This document shows positions 25,063-33,125 of a stretch of DNA of 42,571 bases, piece by piece (the stretch's first letter is position 1; each line of letters begins with the position of its first letter). The position numbers and the translations under genes were made by a program. Under the pieces are notes generated by a model, which saw only the letters and a program-made list of their open reading frames with translations, did no database searches and was not told where the DNA came from. The stretch is taken from assembly GCA_026394815.1 (NCBI GenBank), contig JAPLZX010000022.1, positions 1 through 42,571 on the forward strand. Direction: 5' to 3'. Source of the DNA: Candidatus Zambryskiibacteriota bacterium (GTDB lineage: Bacteria; Patescibacteriota; Minisyncoccia; Phycocordibacterales; DATDWN01).

Positions 25063-26994
25063 ATGCGCATAGTTACGGTTATTCCAATCAGTAAAGGTAT
25101 AAACAAAGACACCCTGACCTATTTCACACAAAAAGATGTGACCGCTGGTTCTATTGTTTCTATTCCCCTACGAAAAAAAATGGCTTTTGGGTTAGTTGTA
25201 GATAGTAAGATTGCTCAAGAAATGAAATCTGAACTGAAAACACTGACATTTAATATTAAAAAAATAGACAATATTGAAACTCGTTCCTTCGTTTTGGGTT
25301 CATTTATAGAAAGTGCACAAAAAATTGCAGATTATAATGCATCTAGTGTCGGGGCTGTTTTATCCGCTCTTATTCCAAAAACAATATTGGAGGGAAGTAA
25401 AAATTTATCATACACACCAAAACCTGCCCGCCCTCCCGAGGAGGGAGCAGGTGGGGAAAAATTAAACAGAGTATTTTATGAAACTGTTCTACTACAATCC
25501 GATGATGATGAGCGTTACGCAACATATAGAGGTCTTATTCGCGAAGAATTTGCAAAAAATCGCAGTGTTTTTTTCTGTTTGCCCGGGGCCGAAGACCTGC
25601 TCAATGCAAAATCTACACTGGAAAAAGGTATAGAAAAATACACATATTTACTTCATTCTAGTTTATCAAAAAAAGAAATCATTTCAGTTTGGCAAAAAGT
25701 TATTTCAGACCCACATCCAGTCCTTATTATTGCTACGGGGTTATTTTTGTCTCTACCTAGGAATGACCTGGGAACTATTATTTTAGAAAAAGAAAGTTCT
25801 CGCGCCTACAAAATGCAAACTAGACCATTCATAGATATTCGTACAGCAGTAGAAATGATAGCTAAACAATTAAACATTCGTTTGGTTTTGGGCGATATGC
25901 TTTTGCGTACTGAAACATTGTGGGAAGAAAAAAATGGTGTTTATACGGCTCTATTACCTCTTAAATTTCGCTCCCTTAGTACAGCAGATTGTGAACTTTT
26001 GGACATGAGAGCCCCGCAAGATATGAAGAAAAAAGAATTTAAAATATTTGATGAAAAGTTAAAAAAACTGATTTGCGAAGCAAAGGAAAATAACGAGCAT
26101 ACTTTTTTATTTTGTGGTCGTAAAGGTCTTTACCCACAAACTGTTTGCAGTGATTGTGGCACAGTAGTTGTTTGTAAGAATTGTAATACACCAGTTGTTT
26201 TATATAGTAAAAAAAATAGCAGTCAAAATAAAAATTTATTTGTCTGTCATCATTGTGGAGAAAGACGTGATGCGGAAGAGCTCTGTGTCCATTGTAAGGG
26301 ATGGCGACTAAATCCGCTTGGAATTGGCGTAGACAGAGTTGTGGAAGAAGTTAACTCAATCGTTAAGGATGCAAATATAATAGTAATAGATAAAGAACAT
26401 ATTTCTACACACAAACAAGCTGTTAAGGCTCGTGATTTATTTTACAAAACCCCTGGTAGTATTATGGTTGGGACAGAAATGGCACTAACATATTTAAATG
26501 ATAAAATTGAAAACGCGGCAGTGGTTTCTTTAGATTCATATTTTTCAATTCCAGATTTTCAAATAAATGAAAAAATATTTCATATTTTACTAACACTTAG
26601 AGCACTTAGCCAAAAACGTTTAATATTTCAAACTCGTCAAGAAAACGCAAAAATGTTTGATTATGCTCTACGTGGAAATCTTATTGATTTTTATCGCGAT
26701 GAGATAGAGGAACGTAAATCTATTGGCTATCCCCCATTTACCACATATATTAAAATAACTATTGAAGGAGAAAGAGATGCTATTAAAAAAATTATGAGTG
26801 AAACAATTGAATTTATGAAACCTTATGATGTTTCAATGTTTGACGCTTTTAACCCTGGAAGTAAATCAAAATATACAATACATGGGTTGATTTCTTTACC
26901 AAAAGGCAAGTGGGTAGACAGGGTTCTTCTTGATAAACTTCGCTCACTCCCTCAGCAATTTATGATTAGGATAGACCCGATAACACTTTTATGA
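25063..26994 (+). CDS. priA: primosomal protein N' (PriA)-like, with degenerate ATPase motifs
   Basis: PriA-like N-terminus and a Cys-rich zinc region (CSDCG..CKNC..CHHCG..CVHC). The Walker A position reads LLQSDDDERY and the DEAH position reads ILEKESS. Confidence 0.8.
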   Translation: MRIVTVIPISKGINKDTLTYFTQKDVTAGSIVSIPLRKKMAFGLVVDSKIAQEMKSELKTLTFNIKKIDNIETRSFVLGSFIESAQKIADYNASSVGAVLSALIPKTILEGSKNLSYTPKPARPPEEGAGGEKLNRVFYETVLLQSDDDERYATYRGLIREEFAKNRSVFFCLPGAEDLLNAKSTLEKGIEKYTYLLHSSLSKKEIISVWQKVISDPHPVLIIATGLFLSLPRNDLGTIILEKESSRAYKMQTRPFIDIRTAVEMIAKQLNIRLVLGDMLLRTETLWEEKNGVYTALLPLKFRSLSTADCELLDMRAPQDMKKKEFKIFDEKLKKLICEAKENNEHTFLFCGRKGLYPQTVCSDCGTVVVCKNCNTPVVLYSKKNSSQNKNLFVCHHCGERRDAEELCVHCKGWRLNPLGIGVDRVVEEVNSIVKDANIIVIDKEHISTHKQAVKARDLFYKTPGSIMVGTEMALTYLNDKIENAAVVSLDSYFSIPDFQINEKIFHILLTLRALSQKRLIFQTRQENAKMFDYALRGNLIDFYRDEIEERKSIGYPPFTTYIKITIEGERDAIKKIMSETIEFMKPYDVSMFDAFNPGSKSKYTIHGLISLPKGKWVDRVLLDKLRSLPQQFMIRIDPITLL

Positions 26995-27012
26995 TAGTTT
27001 AAATACAACAAA

Positions 27013-27120
27013 ATGAATCCCGTACGAAATTTATGCAGTTTGTCTTACGGGAAATATATTAGTAAATTATAGTTAATAATAAATAAAGGTGAAAAAATAA
27101 CTTTTATTTCGTACGGGATG
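27013..27120 (+). repeat. 108-bp MITE-like element, copy 1 (14-bp TIR ATCCCGTACGAAAT)
   Basis: It is an inverted copy of 29097-29203, with about 11 mismatches and 1 indel by hand alignment. Its own ends form a perfect 14-bp inverted repeat. Its last 3 nt are the ATG of def. Confidence 0.6.
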
Positions 27121-27704
27121 AAGAAAATTTTACAAAAAGAAGCCCCAGTATTGCGAGAAATAAGCCAAAATATACCGCTTAATTCCATTCATTCGCCCAA
27201 AATTAAGAAAATTATAAAAGAAATGAAAGTGGCTTTGGCCTCTCAAGATGATGGTGTCGCTTTGGCCGCTATACAAATCGGATACCCACTTCGTATGTTT
27301 GTGGTCTCAAAGAAGGTCTTTGAGATTAGTAAAATAGCCAAAAAAGGTTCTAGTGAGACAGCCAAAGAAGGTATTGCCAAAAACGGTTCTATTGATACAG
27401 CCAAAGAAGGTCTTACTGAGACAACCAAAAAAAATTTAGATGAGACAAATTCAATAACAGATGCTATTTTTATAAACCCTGTGCTTAAAAAAATATCAAT
27501 TTATATGGAAAAGTTAGCCGAGGAAATAAAGCAATAATTCAAGCTTGGGATGAGCACGGCAAAAAATTTGAAAGAGGTGGTGTAGGTCTTTTAGCCCAAA
27601 TATTTCAACATGAAATGGATCATTTGGACGGTATTTTGTTTATAGATAAAGCAAAATATGTAGAAGAAATTCTTCCAGAAAAAAAATCTGTGCAAAAAAT
27701 ATGA
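27118..27704 (+). pseudogene. def: peptide deformylase, frameshifted and lacking the EGCLS metal-binding motif
   Basis: Motif 1 GVALAAIQIG is in frame 1 (to 27537). Motif 3 QHEMDHLDG is in the -1 frame (27492-27704). The frames meet at an A7 run (27487-27493). No EGCLS is present in any frame. The stop overlaps the fmt ATG (ATGA). Confidence 0.7.
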
Positions 27705-28558
27705 AAAAAATAATTTGGGCATTTTTTGGTACTTCCAATTTCTCTGTCATAATACTTGATGAATTAAAAACAAATGGTTTTATTCCTACACTCATTATTA
27801 CAACCGAAGATAAACCGAAAGGCAGAAAACTTATTTTAACACCACCAGAGGTTAAGATTTGGGCAGAAAAAGAAAAGGTTCCTTATATACAACCTAAAAC
27901 CCTAAAAAATCCTGATGTTGTTGAAATTATAAACAAATATGCTCCAAAAGGGTTTGATGTTTTTGTTGTGGCTTCATATGGGAAAATTATTCCACAAAGT
28001 ATTTTAGATATACCAAAATATCAGACTTTAAATGTTCACCCATCATTATTACCAAAGCTTCGCGGAGCTTCACCTATTCAAAATGCCATATTAGGAGAGA
28101 GTGAAACTGGAGTAACTATTATGCGACTTGATGCGGAGATGGACCACGGCCCTATATTAGCTCAAGAAAAAATAGTGCTAACCGAGTGGCCACCTTATGC
28201 CGAAGATTTAGAAAAATTATTGGGGAAAAAAGGGGGAAAACTTCTAGTTGAAACGTTATCAGAATGGGTAGACGGAAAAATAAAAGAGCAAGAGCAAGAA
28301 CATAATCTTGCCACCTATTGTCAAAAGATTCAAAAAACTGATGGAGAATTAAATCTAAATGACAATGTTGAAATTAATTTAAGAAAAATTCGTGCCTATC
28401 ATATTTGGCCTGGAGCTTATTTTTTTGATGATAATAAAAAACGAATCGTTGTAAAAAAAGCTCATATAGAAAATGATGGGCTTATTTTGGATAGAATTGT
28501 GCCTGAAGGTAAAAAAGAAATGGGCTATAAAGATTATTTGAACGGCAAGAAAAGATAA
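27701..28558 (+). CDS. fmt: methionyl-tRNA formyltransferase
   Basis: FFGTSNFS, NVHPSLLPKLRGASPIQ, a C-terminal Fmt domain, and coupling to def. Confidence 0.9.
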   Translation: MKKIIWAFFGTSNFSVIILDELKTNGFIPTLIITTEDKPKGRKLILTPPEVKIWAEKEKVPYIQPKTLKNPDVVEIINKYAPKGFDVFVVASYGKIIPQSILDIPKYQTLNVHPSLLPKLRGASPIQNAILGESETGVTIMRLDAEMDHGPILAQEKIVLTEWPPYAEDLEKLLGKKGGKLLVETLSEWVDGKIKEQEQEHNLATYCQKIQKTDGELNLNDNVEINLRKIRAYHIWPGAYFFDDNKKRIVVKKAHIENDGLILDRIVPEGKKEMGYKDYLNGKKR

Positions 28559-28560
28559 AA

Positions 28561-28725
28561 TTAATTCAAATATTGACCAAAACTAGACTGTGGATATAAA
28601 TTTTCCGCCACAGCTTCAGCTTTTTGCATTATATATAAAAGCCCAATAATTATCATCACACATCCAAATACAAAAGATACTAAAAATGGATTCGCCTTTT
28701 TGTTTAATTGATCAAGATTAATCAT
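28561..28725 (-). CDS. small membrane peptide, 54 aa (MINLDQLNKKANPFLVSFVFGCVMIIIGLLYIMQKAEAVAENLYPQSSFGQYLN); below the ORF-track cutoff
   Basis: Hand translation. Its ATG overlaps the hpf stop (ATGA), AGGAG lies 7 nt upstream, and it has one TM segment. Confidence 0.45.
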   Translation of the reverse strand: MINLDQLNKKANPFLVSFVFGCVMIIIGLLYIMQKAEAVAENLYPQSSFGQYLN

Positions 28726-29099
28726 TTTTTTCTCCTAAAATCAACTCTTTTTAATAAATCTTTAATTCTGGTAGCCCCTTTTCTCCACAGAGTTTTATAT
28801 TTATTTTTTCTAGAAACAATAGCTCGCTCTGATTCATCACGCACAATATCAATTGCAGTATATAAATCTATTTCTTCTGCTACTACATAAATCTGTTTAT
28901 TTCCTGGTTGAACGATATTAATTTCTGCTCTGAATATATCCCCTGTATTATGGTGTTTGGTTGTTCTACCTATTTCTACCTCACACAAAATTTCATTTTT
29001 TGTATCCAAAAATTTTTCAAGTGTGGATATTTTTTTAGAAACATATTCATCTATAGCTGGTGTAATATCAAAATTTTTTGATCTGATTTTAATTTTCAT
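28722..29099 (-). CDS. hpf: ribosome hibernation promoting factor / RaiA family
   Basis: MKIKIRSKNFDITPAIDEYVSKKISTLEKFL is the typical S30AE/HPF N-terminus. 125 aa. Confidence 0.85.
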   Translation of the reverse strand: MKIKIRSKNFDITPAIDEYVSKKISTLEKFLDTKNEILCEVEIGRTTKHHNTGDIFRAEINIVQPGNKQIYVVAEEIDLYTAIDIVRDESERAIVSRKNKYKTLWRKGATRIKDLLKRVDFRRKK

Positions 29100-29203
29100 C
29101 CCGTACGAAATAAAAGTTATTTTTTTGCTTTTATTTTCATTAACTATAACTTACTAATTTACCTCCCGTAAGACAAACTATATAAATTTCGTACGGGATT
29201 CAT
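29097..29203 (-). repeat. 107-bp MITE-like element, copy 2 (inverted relative to copy 1)
   Basis: Its reverse complement aligns end to end with 27013-27120. Its inner end supplies the hpf ATG (29099-29097). Confidence 0.6.
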
Positions 29204-29291
29204 CTCCACTTATTGTAACATCCACAAACAAAAAACTCCAAGTTTAGATAAATTATTGCATTCTTACATATTTTTGTTATCCTTTATATAT

Positions 29292-29367
29292 TCTGCGATA
29301 GCTCAGTCGGTAGAGCGCCTCCCTGTTAAGGAGGATGTCCCAGGTTCGAGCCCTGGTCGCAGAGCCA
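29292..29367 (+). tRNA. tRNA-Asn (anticodon GUU), CCA encoded
   Basis: Hand-folded 76-nt cloverleaf. Acceptor TCTGCGA/TCGCAGA, D arm GCTC..GAGC, anticodon stem CCTCC/GGAGG with loop CTGTTAA, T arm CCAGG-TTCGAGC-CCTGG, then G and CCA. Confidence 0.95.
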
Positions 29368-29369
29368 TC

Positions 29370-29402
29370 AAAAAATAACCTTATAATACAAGGTTATTTT
29401 TT
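29370..29402 (+). terminator. hairpin terminator after tRNA-Asn
   Basis: AAAAAATAACCTT pairs with AAGGTTATTTTTT as a 13-bp stem. Confidence 0.7.
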
Positions 29403-29447
29403 GATACCCCAGACATGGTTCAGAACTTTTATATTAAATATTCCCTA

Positions 29448-30413
29448 CTATAAAATAACATTAAACAAATACCCGGTAAATATAATTCCCATTCCAACTA
29501 TTCCAGCAAAAATAATTATTAGTTTTATTTTCATCACTTTTTTTAAAATCATAAATTCTGGTAGTGACAACGCAGTGACTGACATCATAAAAGCAAGTGT
29601 GGTGCCCATAGATACACCTTTTTCGGTTAGTGCAGACACGAGTGGTATAACTCCGGCGGCATTTGAGTAAAGTGGAATACCGATAAGAACAGCTAGAGGT
29701 ACAGCATACCATTTACCGCTTCCAGCATATTTAGCCAGGAAATCAGCGGGTAGATACCCATGTATCCATGCCCCCACCCCAATTCCAACCAGAATATACG
29801 GCCAGACTTTTTTTAGAATATCCAGTGTGTAATCCTTGGCATATTCGATTCTCTCTTTTCTTGTCATACTAGGCAAATCTATATTACCATTTACAGAATT
29901 TTGATAAACAAAAGACTCAACCAAATTTTCCACTTTTAGCTGACCTATTACTATTCCCGAGAGGATGGCGATAATAAGACCACTGACAATGTACATTAGG
30001 GCGATTTTCCAACCGAAAAGTCCAAGAAGTAGAACCAAGGCTACCTCATTAATCATTGGAGAAGCTACAAGAAAAGAGAATGTTGTTCCTAGTGGCACTC
30101 CAGCTTGGATAAACCCGAGAAATAGTGGTATAGCCGAACAAGAACAAAACGGAGTGATGATCCCTAATAGTGAAGCCAGAATGTTCCCAATATATTTATT
30201 TTTGTGAGACAAAATTGTTCGTATTTTTTCTGGTGGCAGATATGAACGGATAATTGAAACTGCAAAAATAATGATGGATAGGAGAATAAATATCTTGATA
30301 GTATCAAAAACAAAGAAGTTAACTGCACTCGCAAGAAGCGTCTTTGGAACGATATTTAAGAGACCGTATGTAAACCAGTCAGCAAATAGTTGTATGGGGT
30401 AAAATATATCCAT
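29448..30413 (-). CDS. DUF318/ArsP-like permease
   Basis: A polytopic protein with ITPFCSCSAIPLF. It lies in an operon with a thioredoxin-fold protein and an ArsR regulator. Confidence 0.8.
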   Translation of the reverse strand: MDIFYPIQLFADWFTYGLLNIVPKTLLASAVNFFVFDTIKIFILLSIIIFAVSIIRSYLPPEKIRTILSHKNKYIGNILASLLGIITPFCSCSAIPLFLGFIQAGVPLGTTFSFLVASPMINEVALVLLLGLFGWKIALMYIVSGLIIAILSGIVIGQLKVENLVESFVYQNSVNGNIDLPSMTRKERIEYAKDYTLDILKKVWPYILVGIGVGAWIHGYLPADFLAKYAGSGKWYAVPLAVLIGIPLYSNAAGVIPLVSALTEKGVSMGTTLAFMMSVTALSLPEFMILKKVMKIKLIIIFAGIVGMGIIFTGYLFNVIL

Positions 30414-30422
30414 TGTATTTTA

Positions 30423-30731
30423 TTAACATTTACCACCACAACTACACCCCCCTGATTTATCTTTTTTATCTTCTATAACTGTGTCCGAACAACCTTTTTT
30501 GATAAGTTCTTTAATTTTTTCTTTATCTTTCGGCATACCAACAAAAACCGGCTTCCCGTTAATTGCTAAAACTGGGCTGGACATAAGACCCATAGCGACG
30601 ATCTTTTGAACATCTGTTATGTATTCCACTTCAGTCTTTATACCCATTTCAACTATAACTTCCTTCGTTAACTCATATAACTTCTTGCAGGTTGGACAAC
30701 CTGAACCTAGCACTTGGATTTGTGATTCCAT
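30423..30731 (-). CDS. thioredoxin-fold redox-active disulfide protein (TM0996/MTH895-like) with a Cys-rich tail
   Basis: VLGSGCPTCKKL and MSSPVLAINGK, with a C-terminal GGCSCGGKC. Confidence 0.8.
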   Translation of the reverse strand: MESQIQVLGSGCPTCKKLYELTKEVIVEMGIKTEVEYITDVQKIVAMGLMSSPVLAINGKPVFVGMPKDKEKIKELIKKGCSDTVIEDKKDKSGGCSCGGKC

Positions 30732-30735
30732 ATTT

Positions 30736-31008
30736 TTATATTATTGTTTCTGTTAATGCTAATTGATAATTTTTGATAACCTTTTCGTTTCGTGAATAAA
30801 GAATTTTCGTGCCATCTCTCCTGCTTTTTATAAGTTTTAGATCTTTAAGAACCTTTAGGTGATGTGAGCTTAAATTTTGAGGTAACTTCAACTTGGGATG
30901 TATCTCACACGCACATTTTTCTCCTTTTTTAAGAAAACTTAAAATAGCCAGACGATTTGGTTCGGCTAGTGCTGTAAGGTAAGTTTTGATGTCTAATTTA
31001 TTGTTCAT
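30736..31008 (-). CDS. ArsR/SmtB-family metalloregulator
   Basis: LAEPNRLAILSFL, a CAC metal site and an HHLKVLKD recognition helix. Start set at ATG 31008. Confidence 0.8.
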   Translation of the reverse strand: MNNKLDIKTYLTALAEPNRLAILSFLKKGEKCACEIHPKLKLPQNLSSHHLKVLKDLKLIKSRRDGTKILYSRNEKVIKNYQLALTETII

Positions 31009-31013
31009 AGAAA

Positions 31014-31043
31014 ATACTATATCAATTAATATTGATATAGTAT
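31014..31043. promoter_or_regulatory. 13-4-13 perfect inverted repeat, probable ArsR operator
   Basis: ATACTATATCAAT-taat-ATTGATATAGTAT lies 6 nt upstream of the arsR-like start. Confidence 0.55.
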
Positions 31044-31209
31044 CAGTAACTAGTCTGAAATACAATTTTGCCTGTGTATATCCTACTGCGTCAACATTAT
31101 TCTGAAGTGTAAATTTTTATAATAATGCTAGAATTCCGCTAAACTGCAGCTCACTTTTGATTCCGGACCAGTTCGCTATCCTGAATTTCTCTATCAAAGA
31201 GTTCCAAAC

Positions 31210-31454
31210 CTGTCTACCAGACAGAGCACGAGGAGCCCCGCAAGGGGCTTTTCTCGTGCTCTGCGAATTCAAAACGAAGTTTTGAATAAGGGCTCGAACA
31301 AATCCATGGTCTACTGACGCATCGGCGTCTGTCGCGGATTTGCGTTTTCAATTTCAATGAACAACGGTGAATTGAAATTGAAAAAGAGATCCCTGGTCAC
31401 AGAGGCGGTTTTCTTTTACTCAAAATCAAGTTACCTACCTGCGCAGGCAGGTAA
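31210..31454. repeat. array of six near-perfect, mostly GC-rich hairpins, ORF-free
   Basis: Stems at 31210-24, 31223-62 (10 bp + 6 bp with a GCAA loop), 31267-87, 31299-342 (enclosing GACGC-atcg-GCGTC), 31346-83 (13 bp) and 31431-54 (followed by a T-run). Confidence 0.5.
31391..31404 (+). repeat. direct repeat of the tRNA-Asn 3' end (attR-like remnant 1)
   Basis: CCCTGGTCaCAGAG against tRNA CCCTGGTCGCAGAG (29351-29364), a 13/14 match in the same orientation. Confidence 0.5.
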
Positions 31455-31485
31455 TTTTTACTTTCTCTTGTTATAATATAAACAT

Positions 31486-32226
31486 ATGAGAAAATTTTTC
31501 CAGAGATTGGCATTAAAAATGGGTTATGAGGTGAAAAAGTTGTCGTTACCAGAGTATGATCAAACTAATCCTTTCTATGTTCAACAATATTTACTTAGAG
31601 ATGTAAATACACCAGTAATATTTGACGTCGGCGCGGCAAACGGAGAAACAGTAGTAAGATATGAGAAAATATTCGTTCAATCCGAAATTTATTGTTTTGA
31701 ACCGTTTAAAGAATTTTTCGAAAATTTAAAAAATAATCACAAAAACGTCCGAGCTTATAATACAGCACTGGGAAATAAAAATGGTAAAGTAAATTTTCAT
31801 GTCAATCCATCTTTGGGATCAAGTTCAATTTTACCTACAGACAAAAGAGGCCCTGATAACTGGTGGGCCGGTGTTTTGGAAACCAAAGAGATAATCGAAA
31901 TTCCTATAATGACTTTGGACAAATTTACTAGAGATAACTCGATTGACCATATTGATATATTGAAGTTAGATACCCAAGGCACAGAGTATGAAATTATTGA
32001 AGGAGCAACTGAGACACTAAAGAAAACAAAACTTATATTCACAGAAATTACTGTAATACCAACATACGAAGGGCAAAAAGAGATTGATGAAATAATAAAG
32101 ATACTGCGCCTTAATGGTTTTTATATACATAACTTCTATGATATTTGGCTAGGTAAAGGGAAAAATCGTGGCAGAATTAGGCAATTAGATGCAATCTTTT
32201 TAAACGAGAAGTTTTTCCCAAAATAA
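31486..32226 (+). CDS. FkbM-family SAM-dependent methyltransferase
   Basis: FDVGAANGE (SAM motif I), and the length and motif spacing are FkbM-like. Confidence 0.8.
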   Translation: MRKFFQRLALKMGYEVKKLSLPEYDQTNPFYVQQYLLRDVNTPVIFDVGAANGETVVRYEKIFVQSEIYCFEPFKEFFENLKNNHKNVRAYNTALGNKNGKVNFHVNPSLGSSSILPTDKRGPDNWWAGVLETKEIIEIPIMTLDKFTRDNSIDHIDILKLDTQGTEYEIIEGATETLKKTKLIFTEITVIPTYEGQKEIDEIIKILRLNGFYIHNFYDIWLGKGKNRGRIRQLDAIFLNEKFFPK

Positions 32227-32412
32227 TATCTTTCGGCCTGTATTATTCTATTCTACTGAACCACATTTTCATCCTTATCTACCACTACAGCAGTATCGTT
32301 TCATGAGGTGTATGGACGCGAAAGCCAAAACCTACAAGCCAATTAGTAGACAACGTACGGTAAATGTGGTATTTTTAATTTTGGAAGAAACCAGTTTGGA
32401 AAGGAGCCCAAC

Positions 32413-33099
32413 ATGCGGAGAATGATGTTGTTTGTCGTCGCAGCTTTATTTCTTGTGGCAGGCACTGCGTTTGCTCAGGAAAGCCCGAGGTGGAGCATCG
32501 ATTTCATGCTCGACACCGGAAGAACGTCGAGTGACTACAAAACCACTCCACGCGAGGGGTGGCAGAAGGACTTTCAGCCCCCAGGAAGGAGCATGAAGGT
32601 TTCCACGATGAATCCGACCCATTCCTCAACGACCATTCGGCTCGGTCTCAGTTTTGACATATTGAGAACCAAGTCTGGCTGGCGTCTGCGTGTGCCCATT
32701 TCCGAGCAACTCGCAGGGTGGTCCGGCAGTTACATCAATTCGTTTGGGCAGGAGGAATTGGCCAAAGCGACAGCCGATTGGTGGGACCCCGTCACAGTGA
32801 GTGATGTGGTGGTCAAGCGGTATGTACCGCGCATCGGCCTTGAGGTCGTTCGCGGCCGCTTCATGTTTGGGGTCTCCGGTCAATACTTCACAGTATCGGA
32901 GAGACAGTTCAGAGGTGTGGACTGCTCTGGATGTGTCAACACTTCGAAAGTTATCAGTTCGAAGGATACAACCGGGATCAGCCCACGCCTTGAGTTCTAC
33001 TACGGTCCGTTCGGCGGCTTCTACGAGCTGCCCGGCGACAAGATATCTCGGTTTGGCTTCATCTTCCGGGTTCGCACATCGGACCTTATCGGGATGTGA
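32413..33099 (+). CDS. secreted beta-rich protein resembling a small outer-membrane beta-barrel; GC-rich
   Basis: Signal peptide MRRMMLFVVAALFLVAGTAFA/QE, alternating hydrophobic patterns, and GGAAAGGAG before the ATG. 52% GC in the hand-counted line 32641-32700. Confidence 0.6.
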   Translation: MRRMMLFVVAALFLVAGTAFAQESPRWSIDFMLDTGRTSSDYKTTPREGWQKDFQPPGRSMKVSTMNPTHSSTTIRLGLSFDILRTKSGWRLRVPISEQLAGWSGSYINSFGQEELAKATADWWDPVTVSDVVVKRYVPRIGLEVVRGRFMFGVSGQYFTVSERQFRGVDCSGCVNTSKVISSKDTTGISPRLEFYYGPFGGFYELPGDKISRFGFIFRVRTSDLIGM

Positions 33100-33120
33100 C
33101 CGACCTTATCGGGATGTGAC
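33082..33120 (+). repeat. tandem direct duplication of GACCTTATCGGGATGTGAC spanning the stop codon
   Basis: Identical 19-mers at 33082-33100 and 33102-33120 are separated by 1 nt. Confidence 0.85.
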
Positions 33121-33125
33121 TACTT

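Noticed and set aside
27330-27440. Tandem repeats (GAGACAGCCAAAGAAGGT-like units) as a possible CRISPR or VNTR
   Set aside because: There are only 2-3 imperfect in-frame units with no unique spacers, and they lie inside the def reading frame, where they encode a (E/D)TAKEG low-complexity insertion. No CRISPR array was seen anywhere in the window.
27481-27500. Programmed -1 ribosomal frameshift at the A7 run that would rescue def
   Set aside because: Even the frameshifted fusion lacks the EGCLS catalytic motif and about 12-15 residues. A deletion or pseudogene (or an assembly error) explains it better.
31100-31460. tmRNA or RNase P RNA (a ~340-nt GC-rich multi-hairpin region with a tRNA-like fragment)
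   Set aside because: There is no GGAAAGUCC P4 motif, no tRNA-like GGUUCGA..CCACCA 3' end, and no tag-peptide reading frame. The hairpins are serial and near-perfect rather than forming a nested, long-range fold.
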